Shown here: piece by piece, positions 37,111-46,326 of the stretch | Numbering within the stretch: the stretch's first letter is position 1 | How the letters are laid out: every line of letters begins with the position of its first letter | From: Candidatus Hydrogenedentota bacterium | GTDB taxonomy: Bacteria > Hydrogenedentota > Hydrogenedentia > Hydrogenedentales > SLHB01 | Length of the DNA: 64,000 nucleotides | Assembly (NCBI GenBank): GCA_045863335.1 | Contig: BTVY01000001.1 | Coordinates: forward strand, 136,671-200,670 | Reading direction: 5' to 3' | The notes under the pieces: generated by a model | The model's database searches: none | What the model saw: the letters and a program-made list of their open reading frames with translations, nothing else | What the model was told of the DNA's origin: nothing | Made by a program: the position numbers and the translations under genes

Positions 37111-38815
37111 CACCCCGGCCACACCGGAGCGAAGCCCCCGCGTCCTCGTCACGCAAATGACCCGCATGGGCGACGTGTTGCAGACCTCGCCGCTGATTCG
37201 GTCCCTGAAGGAACTGCATCCGAACGCTTACATCGCCGTCATGGTGCGCCAGATGGGAAGGGCCATCGCCGAGTGCAATCCTGACATCGACGAAGTCATC
37301 GTCTACGAAGAAGACGACATGTTCCTCGATTTGAAGTCGGAGGATTCGGACCGCTTTCTGCGCGCTTACCAATGTGCCGACAGCCATGTACGAAGCTTGC
37401 GCGAAGGCCGGTTCGACGTGGTGTACAACTGCACGCACAGTCTCTCCTCTGCGATCCTCTTGAAGCTTGCGGGGATACCGCGCGTCATCGGCGCCCACTT
37501 GAGCGATGATTTCCGGTACGTGTTCCGCGGGCGCGGTCCGAACTGCTTCCTCACGAACATTATGAACCGGGACCTGAACGAGCTGAACCTCTGCGACATG
37601 TTCCGGTACTTCGTGGACGATCCGCCGCCCTCGCCGGGGCTTGTCTTGTCCGTGACTGATTCCGACCGCGACGCGGCGCGCCGTCTGCTTGCCGGGGAGG
37701 GCATTTCTGACTCGGACTTCCTGGTCTGCTTTCAGCTTGGCGCTTCGGACAAGGACAAACGCTGGCCGGAAGCGCAGTTCGCCGCGCTGGCCCAATCGTT
37801 GCAGGAGTCGCGTAACGCGAAGGTCGTGCTGCTTGGCGTGGCAACGGAAGGGTATCTCGGCGAGACGTTTGAAAAGCACGCGCCCGGACTGGCCACGCAT
37901 CTCTTCGGCAAGACCGACATTCCGCAACTGGCGGCGGTACTGGAACGCGCGGCGGTGTTGGTGACGAACGATACCGGCACCATGCACATCGCCGCCGCCG
38001 TGGATTGTCCCATCGTGCTGACCTCCGTGGGCTATGTCCACTTCCGCGAAACGGGACCTTACGGCGAGGGGCATTACGCCATCGAACGGCGGCGTTCGCA
38101 CCTGGGCCGGTCCGACATTCGGCATGACGATTCCAACGCGGGCGGCATGACCGCGGCGCAGGTCCTGCGTGTCGTTGACTTGGCGATTGCGCAGCGGGAT
38201 TCCGGGCAGGCGAGTACGATTTCCGACGACTCGGAGCTTGCGAACATGGACATCTACCGATCGGCCTTCGCGCCGGACGGTTGTCTGCATTGGTATCCCG
38301 TCATTCAGCGGACCATTGCGGTGCAGGACTTGATTCGGCTGGCGTACCGGACAATGTGGGTCGAGTATCTCTCCGGCAATGCGGACAAACGCGCAGAGGA
38401 CGCGTTTCTCATAGACGTGCTCGCGTGTTACACCAGCGGTCATTCCCACGAGTGCGCAATGGCCACACGTGAAGCGGTGAAGTCGCTGGAACGGTTGGCG
38501 GAACTGAGCCAGCAGGGCGCACGGGTCACCGAAAAACTGCTGGACATCTTGAGCAAAGGCAAGAGCATGAAGCTCGCGCAACAGGTCGTGGCCGACTTGA
38601 TGCGCCTTGATGAGGATATCCGGCTCTTCGGCGAAGTCAATTCCGCGTGCAAACCGCTCGTGGCTATCGCGCGGTTCGAGCGGGACAACCTGGAAGGCGC
38701 GGACCCGATCGTCCTCGCAAAGACCACGCTGGAAATCTATCGCGGGATGTTCGCGCGGGCGCGGCTGACCGGCCGGAAGTTGGCGCGGATTCTCGAACTG
38801 CTGCCTACTTCGTAA
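37100..38815 (+). CDS. Glycosyltransferase family 9 with long C-terminal extension
   Basis: RMGDVLQ, QLGAS..KRWP, TNDTGTMHIAAA. Confidence 0.9.
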   Translation: MMPDTPATPERSPRVLVTQMTRMGDVLQTSPLIRSLKELHPNAYIAVMVRQMGRAIAECNPDIDEVIVYEEDDMFLDLKSEDSDRFLRAYQCADSHVRSLREGRFDVVYNCTHSLSSAILLKLAGIPRVIGAHLSDDFRYVFRGRGPNCFLTNIMNRDLNELNLCDMFRYFVDDPPPSPGLVLSVTDSDRDAARRLLAGEGISDSDFLVCFQLGASDKDKRWPEAQFAALAQSLQESRNAKVVLLGVATEGYLGETFEKHAPGLATHLFGKTDIPQLAAVLERAAVLVTNDTGTMHIAAAVDCPIVLTSVGYVHFRETGPYGEGHYAIERRRSHLGRSDIRHDDSNAGGMTAAQVLRVVDLAIAQRDSGQASTISDDSELANMDIYRSAFAPDGCLHWYPVIQRTIAVQDLIRLAYRTMWVEYLSGNADKRAEDAFLIDVLACYTSGHSHECAMATREAVKSLERLAELSQQGARVTEKLLDILSKGKSMKLAQQVVADLMRLDEDIRLFGEVNSACKPLVAIARFERDNLEGADPIVLAKTTLEIYRGMFARARLTGRKLARILELLPTS

Positions 38816-39728
38816 CGGCCGCGGGCAACTCGTTCATGCGCGACAGGGCCGCGCCGATGTCTTCGATCAAGGCCGTCGCCAGTTCCCCGCGCTTCTTCAT
38901 CCACGCGCCGGTATTGTGCATGGCCGTATCCAGCGGCATCAGGCGAACGTCCGGTTGCCCTTCGTACATCTTGGCGATACGCGTGTCGGGACGGCATCGC
39001 GCGCCGTAGAAAATGGTAGCGGTCGGACGCATCTCGGCTTCGAGATACACTTCCGGCAATCGCCAGACGCCCTCCGCTCCGACCACGCGGCGAACGGCCA
39101 TGTCCACGAAATTGGTCGCAAAGGTGATGAAGGCGACTTCGTAAAACTCTTCCCAACTGCGGAACAACAGCGGCAAGTCGAGATAGGCCTTCAACTGCAT
39201 CTTTGGTTCGAGATAGGCGTAGAACGGACAAGGCGGACTCATGGCAATCACGTGATCCATGCCGCAACGGGTACCGTAATAAATGGCTGCGCACCCGCCC
39301 ACGGAATCGCCGAGAGCGATGTAGCGTTTGGAACCCAACTGGTCCATCACGCGCCGCACTTCGCCTTCGTAGAAGTCGAGCCCGCCGGGACCACCTTCGG
39401 GCCGAAGGTGATAGGCGAGCCGGTGGATGTCGCGCATGAACACAAGATTAAAATCGTCGCCATGCGTGGTCAGCAGTTTACGGAATTCGAACGTAGGCTG
39501 CCCGGCAAAAAGCAACGCGCCGCCTGCAAAAGAGAAGATCGTCGTTTCGGCGCCGCGATCTTCGATGAGGACGTGCTCCGGCAGTTCCTTGGTTTCACTC
39601 TGCTCGGTAAACATGCCGGACTGGAGTTCATACTCAACCGCATCGACCACTTCCTTGGGCACGAAGCGCCGAATGATAAAGCGGGCAATCTTCTCTTTCA
39701 GGGCGAATTTCTTGGCTGTATCAGACAT
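38805..39728 (-). CDS. Alpha/beta-hydrolase-fold protein of unknown function
   Basis: FSFAG oxyanion region, LGDSVGG nucleophile elbow, later Asp and His (MHN); start at ATG 39728 inferred from RBS. Confidence 0.7.
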   Translation of the reverse strand: MSDTAKKFALKEKIARFIIRRFVPKEVVDAVEYELQSGMFTEQSETKELPEHVLIEDRGAETTIFSFAGGALLFAGQPTFEFRKLLTTHGDDFNLVFMRDIHRLAYHLRPEGGPGGLDFYEGEVRRVMDQLGSKRYIALGDSVGGCAAIYYGTRCGMDHVIAMSPPCPFYAYLEPKMQLKAYLDLPLLFRSWEEFYEVAFITFATNFVDMAVRRVVGAEGVWRLPEVYLEAEMRPTATIFYGARCRPDTRIAKMYEGQPDVRLMPLDTAMHNTGAWMKKRGELATALIEDIGAALSRMNELPAAVTK

Positions 39729-39808
39729 TTCCGTTCCTAAAATGAGCGGCCCGGGGCGCGATGCCGCCATGAATACATATCAGTTACTACACGGCGCTTT
39801 TGCGGCCA

Positions 39809-41098
39809 TTACACTTTCATCCAGCGCTTTGCCTTCATTTCAAAGCGCGGCAGGCTGCCCGGGGCGACGAGGGTCACCGGGATGCGCATGGCGAATACGT
39901 CGCGCAATTCATGTTCGAGATGATCGACCATGGCCTTGCTGTCGGCGCAATCCGCGGCCGGTTCCACTTCAATTTCCAACTCCGCCATGGCGCGGCTTTG
40001 CCGGATCAAGACGCGATAGTCGCCCAACCCGGCGCATCGGCGCATAACTTCTTCGATGGCCGTGGGAAAAATATTCACACCGCGCACGACAACCATGTCG
40101 TCGGTCCGCGCGAGAATGCCGCCGGGCAGGGCGAGTTCGTGACTCCCGCAGGCGCAGGGCGAATCGGGACTCAGCACGACGAGGTCGCCCGTCCGGTACC
40201 GCAACAGGGGCATGGCCGCCCGGCCCAGGGTGGTCAACACAAGTTCACCGGTGCTGTAGGGCTCCACGGGCTGACCGCTCTCCGGATCGATCACCTCGGC
40301 GTAGTAGCTCTCCTCGATGATGTGGAGCGTGCCGGGTTGATTGGGGCATTCGTAACTCACCGGGCCGACTTCTGTCATGCCGTGATGATCGAATACGCTC
40401 GCGCCGGGCCAGGCGCTTTCGATGCGAGAACGAGTGCCGGGGATGCTTCCGCCGGGCTCGCCGGCGACGATGATGCGCCGCACCTTTGAGCCGGACAGAT
40501 CGATACCCTCCTCCGCCGCGACTTCCGCGAGGCGAATCGCGTAGGTGGGTGTGCAGCAGATCACCGTCACCTCGTTTTCGAGGATGGCGGTGAGCCGGGC
40601 CGGACTGCTCAGTCCGCCGCCGGGGATGCAGAGGCACCCCATCGTGGTCGCCGATTCGTACGCGGTCCAGAATCCAAGGAAAGGTCCAAAGGAGAACGCG
40701 AAGTAGACCCGGTCAGCGTTGGTCACCCCGGCCGCTTCGAAGACGCGCCGCCAGTTGCCGAGCATCCAGCCCCAGCTCTCCGGCGTGTCGAGCCAGCGCA
40801 TGGGCTTGCCGGTCGTGGCGCTGGTCTGGCTGAAGCGCACGTAGCGTTCCAGCGGATAGGTCAAGTTCGTGCCAAAGGGCGGATTCTGCCGCTGGTCCTC
40901 GACCAGTTGCTGTTTCAGGCTGAATGGCATCTTCTCCGAGAACTCCATGAGACTGGCGATGTCCTCGTTGATGCCACAGTCGCGGAGAATCTTCCCGTAA
41001 TACGGGTTTCCCCGAAGCAATTCGCCGATGAGCGCGCGCAACTGGTCGAGTTGTCGTGTTTCAATGGCGGATCGGTCAGGGAAGGTAAGTGTTTCCAT
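39809..41098 (-). CDS. Phenylacetate-CoA ligase family (PaaK-like) adenylate-forming enzyme
   Basis: SQTSATTGKP, AGEPG, HGMTE, RYRTGD, RTDDMVVVRGVNIFP, KAKR. Confidence 0.92.
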   Translation of the reverse strand: METLTFPDRSAIETRQLDQLRALIGELLRGNPYYGKILRDCGINEDIASLMEFSEKMPFSLKQQLVEDQRQNPPFGTNLTYPLERYVRFSQTSATTGKPMRWLDTPESWGWMLGNWRRVFEAAGVTNADRVYFAFSFGPFLGFWTAYESATTMGCLCIPGGGLSSPARLTAILENEVTVICCTPTYAIRLAEVAAEEGIDLSGSKVRRIIVAGEPGGSIPGTRSRIESAWPGASVFDHHGMTEVGPVSYECPNQPGTLHIIEESYYAEVIDPESGQPVEPYSTGELVLTTLGRAAMPLLRYRTGDLVVLSPDSPCACGSHELALPGGILARTDDMVVVRGVNIFPTAIEEVMRRCAGLGDYRVLIRQSRAMAELEIEVEPAADCADSKAMVDHLEHELRDVFAMRIPVTLVAPGSLPRFEMKAKRWMKV

Positions 41099-41203
41099 CA
41101 AACCACTTTCATCTTTTTTGAAATAGTGCAGGAACAAATCTTGGAGGCGAGGTACCGATTATGTCTGCGGAACCCCGGAACCCACCCCATGTGCACCCAC
41201 GCA

Positions 41204-41232
41204 AGTCTATGAATGGCCGTACCCTGTGTCAA
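41204..41232 (-). promoter_or_regulatory. Near-consensus sigma70 promoter for the CoA ligase-hydrolase pair
   Basis: Minus strand TTGACA-17 nt-TAGACT. Confidence 0.7.
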
Positions 41233-41520
41233 GAGTGGCCCACTCCAGAACAGATACCGATGCAACGCCTGGCCGTCCGATTTGTAGAGTTAAGGCAAGG
41301 GAAAAACCGTTGCGCCACCGGGCGAGGTCGAGTAGAATATCGATTAAGGGCTTGCGGCTCAGGGGTATACCCTCAGGTATGAGCCGCTGTTGTGGGATTT
41401 GGCAGGTGTGGGCCCAGGCAAGCGAGGTTATGCTTCGGTCTGGGAACCGTGCAGTGCGAAAATTAGTCAATTGGGTTGTGGGTCCGCACGCACGACGGGT
41501 TACGGAAGGACTAGCTGCAA

Positions 41521-42093
41521 GTGTCTGTACCGTTAGAAAAATATCACGGCGAACCCCTCGCCGAGTTGTTTACCAAGCAAGGTTGGCCCGTGCCCGAATT
41601 TGCCTCGGTCGAACCGGCGGATATTCCCGGCGACGTGGGACCCTTCTTCGACCACGACCTCAGCATGACCTCCCGGCTTCAAACCCTGTTTGGTAAACCC
41701 ATAAACATCCAGGTCGTGGCCGTACACCATACCGAAACCATGTATCGGCGTCTGGTGCTGCTGCACGCCATCGATGACCCAACTCCCTTACTTCTCGGCG
41801 CCATCGATGTTCAGCTCGATCGGTTTGAAAGCCCGGTCCGGCTGGCGATCGAGCAGGCCGCGCAGCCTTTCGGGAAGATTCTGAAGGATATGACCGTCAT
41901 CCACGGCTATCAGCCTTACGCCTTCTTCTCGTTTCGTCCGGGGACCCAGATCGCTTCGCTGTTGGCGACGGATTCGGAGAGTCTGCTCTACGGCCGGCGG
42001 AAGGTGGTCCTCGGCGAGCACGATCGCATGCTCGCCCTGGTCACGGAGATTCCCGCGCGGTATCGTTTGGGACCGCGTCCCGCCGCGGTATGA
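41521..42093 (+). CDS. Chorismate-lyase-like (UbiC/DUF98/UTRA fold) protein
   Basis: SMTSRL, YRRLVLL, PFGKIL, LYGRR, final E.. motif; GAAGGA RBS before GTG. Confidence 0.65.
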   Translation: MSVPLEKYHGEPLAELFTKQGWPVPEFASVEPADIPGDVGPFFDHDLSMTSRLQTLFGKPINIQVVAVHHTETMYRRLVLLHAIDDPTPLLLGAIDVQLDRFESPVRLAIEQAAQPFGKILKDMTVIHGYQPYAFFSFRPGTQIASLLATDSESLLYGRRKVVLGEHDRMLALVTEIPARYRLGPRPAAV

Positions 42094-42124
42094 GGGATTG
42101 GCGCTGGAATTTCTGTAGTGTCCC

Positions 42125-43939
42125 GTGAGTAACACCGATTCGAAATCTCTGACTGCCCTTCTCGCCCGCGTTCTTCGCGTCTGGCTGAGCCACCCGCAAC
42201 TCCCGTGGATGCTCACCGCACTGGCGATGCTCCTGGCCTTGCCGAGCCTGTGGGTCGGCTGGCAGTTGGACGACCACTGGCACCGCATGATGATTCGGGG
42301 CTGGCCGGGGTACCCCGGGCTCTATCAGACCTTCTGGGATCAGTTTACCTTCGGCGACGGCGACCCGGAGCGCACGCAGCGCTTTCTCGACTACGGGTTC
42401 TTCCCCTGGTGGCATGAGTTGGAGTCGTGCACGTTGCCGTGGCGTCCCATTGGGACCGTGACCCATTGGTTCGATTATGTCGTTTGGCCACAGTCGCCGT
42501 TTCTGATGCACGTCCACTCTCTGCTCTGGTTCGGCGCGATGGTCGCCGTCGCGGCAATTCTGTATCGTCGGTTGATGACACCCGTTTGGGTAGCGGGCGC
42601 GGCGGCGCTGATGTTCGCCTTCGACGATGCCCACGGCTGGGCAGTTGGCTGGCTGGCGAACCGTAATGCAATCAACTCCGCGTTCTTCGGCATCCTGACG
42701 TTGATTGCGCATGACCAATGGCGCCGGGATAGATCGCCGTGGGCTGCGTTCCTGGCGCCAATCTGGTTCGTACTCGCCATGCTATCTGCCGAAGCGTCGC
42801 TCGCGGTGTGCGCGTATCTCTTCGCCTATGCGGTCTTTCTGGAACCCACGTTTCGTCAAAGCGAGATCGACACCAAGCCCCTAACGAGCCGCGTCTTCGC
42901 GGTCGGAGCACTTGCACCGTATTTCGCCGTCGCGGCGCTTTGGCAGGTGCTCTACAAGACGCTCGGGTTCGGCGCGTGGGGTCTGGGGCTGTACATCGAT
43001 CCCGGGCGCGACCCGGTGCGATTCCTCGGGGCGGTCGTCGAGCGCGGACCGTACCTGCTATTGGGCCAATGGGCATTTCCGCCTTCCGACATCTATGTGT
43101 GGCTATCGGAGTCCGGACAGCGCGGAATGTGGTTCGCGGCGGTGCTGTCGCTCGCGGTGCTCACAATCGTTATGGTTCCGCGTCTTTGGCGTAGCGCATC
43201 GGGGCGCTTCTGGTTCGTAGGGATGACTGGCGCCTTGATACCCGTGTGTTCGACCCTGCCACAAGACCGGCTCTTATTCTTCATCGGGCTGGGTGCGTTC
43301 CCCCTCATTGCCGAGTTCTTCGCGAGCGTCTTCGATTCCGCCCGCAAGAGCCGGAAGATCACCGTCGCGATTGCCCTGTTGCTCGTCGTCATTCACGGAC
43401 CCATGGCGGCAATTGCGTTGCCGGTTCGCGCCTACAGCCCGACCATCATGCAACAGGTAGTCGACTGCATCCGGACCGCGCCGCTGGGCGACGAGGTCGC
43501 AGACCAGACGGTGGTGATCGTGAACGCCCCCTCCCACTTCTATGCCATGTATCTTCCGGTCATCCGCACGCTGGATGGCGAAACGCCTCCCAAGCGCGTG
43601 CGAAGCCTCGGGCCCAACCCGGAGTCCTTCGGGTTCGAAGCGGTGCCCATGAAAATCGAGCGTATCGATGATCGCACGTTGCGCATCACGCCCGAGGGCG
43701 GTTACGAAGCACGGCCCGTTCTGCGCGATCCGGGCAACCCGTTGGAGCTGGGCGATGAGATTAGCGTTGAAGGCATGACCGTGAGGATTACCGGTATGAC
43801 GCTGCGGGGCAATGCGGGTGAAGCAACGTTTCGCTTTGACGTGCCGCTGGATGATCCTTCATTGCGTTGGCTGCAATGGACGGACAATACGCTTGTTCCA
43901 TTCGAACCGCCCGAGGTCGGCGAATCGGTGGAACTTTGA
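42125..43939 (+). CDS. Polytopic membrane protein, GT-C-fold (TMTC/PMT-like) glycosyltransferase candidate
   Basis: DD after TM1, WRP, H.HSLLW, AVGWLANR, RLLF; ~11 TM helices plus a periplasmic C-terminal domain. Confidence 0.65.
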   Translation: MSNTDSKSLTALLARVLRVWLSHPQLPWMLTALAMLLALPSLWVGWQLDDHWHRMMIRGWPGYPGLYQTFWDQFTFGDGDPERTQRFLDYGFFPWWHELESCTLPWRPIGTVTHWFDYVVWPQSPFLMHVHSLLWFGAMVAVAAILYRRLMTPVWVAGAAALMFAFDDAHGWAVGWLANRNAINSAFFGILTLIAHDQWRRDRSPWAAFLAPIWFVLAMLSAEASLAVCAYLFAYAVFLEPTFRQSEIDTKPLTSRVFAVGALAPYFAVAALWQVLYKTLGFGAWGLGLYIDPGRDPVRFLGAVVERGPYLLLGQWAFPPSDIYVWLSESGQRGMWFAAVLSLAVLTIVMVPRLWRSASGRFWFVGMTGALIPVCSTLPQDRLLFFIGLGAFPLIAEFFASVFDSARKSRKITVAIALLLVVIHGPMAAIALPVRAYSPTIMQQVVDCIRTAPLGDEVADQTVVIVNAPSHFYAMYLPVIRTLDGETPPKRVRSLGPNPESFGFEAVPMKIERIDDRTLRITPEGGYEARPVLRDPGNPLELGDEISVEGMTVRITGMTLRGNAGEATFRFDVPLDDPSLRWLQWTDNTLVPFEPPEVGESVEL

Positions 43940-43943
43940 TTGT

Positions 43944-45323
43944 CTACAATTCGTAGGGTACTCCCTCTTTCTGGATGGACACGTTCGTCTGGCCGCGTTC
44001 CTCCAGGCCGCTCTTCAGCGCTTCCAGCGCTTCCGTTTCGCCGTGTACAAGCAGGACCTGTTTCGCACAATCCTTGAAGCGCGACGCGAAATCGAGGAGT
44101 TCCGCGCGGCCCGCGTGGGCGCTGAAGCCGTTGAGCACGCGCACGTCGGCATTGAGAGCGCGCTTCACGCCAAAGATTTTGATCTCCTTCTCGCGTTCCA
44201 CGATGCGGCGGCCGAGGGTATTCTTGGCCTGGAATCCGACGATGAGAATCGTGTTCCGCTCATCGCTGCAGTGGTTGCGAAGATGGTGCAGGATGCGCCC
44301 CTGCTCGCACATGCCCGACGCCGAAATGATGATCGCAGGCTCTTTCAGCGTATTGAGCTTCATGGAATCTTCGGCACGGCGGATGTAGTGAATGTTGTCG
44401 AGCATGAAGGGATCGCCTTCGGTCGTCATGAAGGCGCGCATTTCGTCATCAAAGCTGTCGGTGTGGAGCCGGAACACTTCCGTGATATTTACCGTCATGG
44501 GACTGTCAACATATACGGGCAGTTTGGGCAGGCCATTGTTGGCTTCCAGCCGCTTCAGGGCGTACACCACTTCCTGGGCCCGTTCGAGCGCAAAACTCGG
44601 GATGATGATCTTGCCCTTGCGATTGTAAGTTTCGCGGACAATCTCCTTGAGCTTGTGGTCCATCTCCTGTATGGGATCGTGATCGCGATTGCCATAGGTG
44701 CTCTCCATTACCACGAGGTCCGCGTCATCGGGCGACCAGGGGTCTTCGAGAATCGGCATGTTCTTCCGGCCCAAATCGCCGCCGTACAGGAAGCGTTTCG
44801 CCGTCCCGTTCTCCGCAAATTCGACAAACGCCATGGCGGATCCCAGCACGTGACCCGCATCGCGAAAAGTCATCTTGACGCCCGGCACGACTTCGATGGG
44901 CAGGTCGTAGGGCACACTTACGAAACGCCTCATGGTCTGCGTGACGTCTTCGTCGTCGTACAGGGGAGCGACGAAGGACCGGTTCTTCTTGGACAACCAT
45001 TCCGCGTCGCGGGCCTGAATATGAGAACTGTCCAGCAGCATAATGCTGCACAGATCGCGCGTGGCGGGAGTGGCATAGATGGGGCCGGCATACCCATGTT
45101 TCACGAGCATGGGTAACACGCCGCTGTGGTCGATATGGGCGTGGCTCAGGACGACCGAGTCGATCGTCTTCGGGTCGAACGGCAGTTCCCGATTGCGATG
45201 CTCCGATTCCTTCCGCGATCCCTGGAACATGCCGCAGTCGAATAGAATGCGCTTCCCATTGATTTCAACGAGATGTTTGCTGCCCGTAACCGTTTCGGCC
45301 GCGCCGTACGAAGTAATGCGCAT
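43944..45323 (-). CDS. Metallo-beta-lactamase / beta-CASP RNA-processing nuclease
   Basis: VTGSKHL, SHAHIDHSG, MESTYG, ASGM..GRILHHL, FSAHA, LVHGE. Confidence 0.95.
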   Translation of the reverse strand: MRITSYGAAETVTGSKHLVEINGKRILFDCGMFQGSRKESEHRNRELPFDPKTIDSVVLSHAHIDHSGVLPMLVKHGYAGPIYATPATRDLCSIMLLDSSHIQARDAEWLSKKNRSFVAPLYDDEDVTQTMRRFVSVPYDLPIEVVPGVKMTFRDAGHVLGSAMAFVEFAENGTAKRFLYGGDLGRKNMPILEDPWSPDDADLVVMESTYGNRDHDPIQEMDHKLKEIVRETYNRKGKIIIPSFALERAQEVVYALKRLEANNGLPKLPVYVDSPMTVNITEVFRLHTDSFDDEMRAFMTTEGDPFMLDNIHYIRRAEDSMKLNTLKEPAIIISASGMCEQGRILHHLRNHCSDERNTILIVGFQAKNTLGRRIVEREKEIKIFGVKRALNADVRVLNGFSAHAGRAELLDFASRFKDCAKQVLLVHGETEALEALKSGLEERGQTNVSIQKEGVPYEL

Positions 45324-45525
45324 AGAAATGCTGGCTCCCTTCCCTGATTCCCGACAAAAAGCAGAGTCACACCGCGTTATGGATGCGTCACAAGGCCGGA
45401 TTCTGCCTAACGTCAAAACAAGAAAGACCATAGCAGGAACCCCGCCGGGTTTGCACGCCGGAGCGCGCTACGCCTATCAGTCCCAAAGCAGAAGCGGCAA
45501 CCTGTCGCTTTCGTTCTTCCCACCC

Positions 45526-45596
45526 CCGTGCTCCCTGTGTCCCCGTGGTTTGGAAGGTCTTCGTTTCATTTGACCACGAGGGCACGGGGAGCACGG
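45526..45596. repeat. Inverted repeat pair (CACGGRG-type REP-like)
   Basis: ccgtgctccctgtgtccccgtggt (45526-45549) vs accacgagggcacggggagcacgg (45573-45596), 3 mismatches. Confidence 0.8.
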
Positions 45597-45640
45597 TGGA
45601 AGAAAAGAGACTCTCAATGGACATTATGGCGAAATGCACT

Positions 45641-45724
45641 TTGCCGCAAATGAACGCATTGAACGCATTGAACGCATAAACCAACACGCCCTTTTTTGTG
45701 TTCTCTGCGTTCCTTCGCGGCCAA
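45641..45724. repeat. GAACGCA 9-bp tandem repeats with a complementary arm
   Basis: ttgccgcaaatgaacgcattgaacgcattgaacgca ... tgtgttctctgcgttccttcgcggccaa. Confidence 0.75.
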
Positions 45725-45725
45725 A

Positions 45726-45781
45726 GGAGCATGGGCGTCCCGCCGATGTTTTCTTCATCACGGGCGAGACGCCCGTGCTCC
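45726..45781. repeat. REP doublet (GGAGCAYGGGCGTCYCGCC family)
   Basis: 45726-45748 and 45759-45781 are imperfect reverse complements; a further related copy lies at ~46126-46146. Confidence 0.8.
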
Positions 45782-45903
45782 CTCATGCCCCGCGTGCGGT
45801 CTCGCGCACCGATTCTTCCTCCTTGTCAATCTTCACCCTTCAAATTTCTGGATCCCGCCCGGCTCAACCCGAAGACGCCACGCTGGAGCGAGGCGCTCCC
45901 AGT

Positions 45904-46071
45904 GAAGATCGTCGCGAATACTGGGAGCAAAAAGTCTCCACATTGTGGAGACAATGCACGGCGAACTACGGTTTAGGGGCAGAACGAGACGCGGGTGCAA
46001 CATTGTCTACGCAGCGCGTAGACTTTTCGGCTCCCAAAAATGTGAACGCACTGCGTACACAATTGAGGTGG
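45904..46071 (+). pseudogene. Probable decayed fragment of a YhcG/DUF1016 N-terminal region
   Basis: Translates to DRREYWEQKVSTLWRQCTANYG and KNVNALRTQLRW, resembling DUF1016 'RAEYG..IV.TL..QL..EYG' and 'IV.ALR.QLSW' segments (recalled, not searched). Confidence 0.5.
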
Positions 46072-46326
46072 AGGATATCCGTCTACCTTCACCTTTTTCA
46101 TCTGCGTTCGTTCGCGGCCAAGCTAGCATTGGCGTCTCGCCCGTGCATCCACAATCCCGGGCAGAAAGCCCCGCCCAGGAAACCCACCGTGCCCAGATCG
46201 AGAAGTCGCCTGACGTTACGGCCTGCCAGTGACAAAGTCGGGAAGTGCAAAGGACAATGAAAACGCATCTACGTGCGCCATTGAGTTCGACCAGTGGCGA
46301 ACCTCCGTCAGCTATTTCGTCTCAAT

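Noticed and set aside
39809-41098. Calling the ligase paaK of phenylacetate catabolism
   Set aside because: No other paa genes in the window; substrate unknown
41161-41390. 73-aa ORF and GCGGCTCA...TGAGCCGC hairpin in the divergent intergenic region
   Set aside because: The ORF overlaps the minus-strand promoter and has no motifs; the hairpin matches no riboswitch I can recognise
45634-46260. 208-aa plus-strand ORF across the repeat cluster
   Set aside because: Mostly translated repeats (NERIERIERI, HGRPA, TGETPVL); only a short part resembles YhcG and is reported as a remnant
45430-46300. Possible CRISPR array or integron attC sites
   Set aside because: No regular repeat-spacer period, no cas or intI gene, and no convincing RYYYAAC/GTTRRRY pairs between the islet genes
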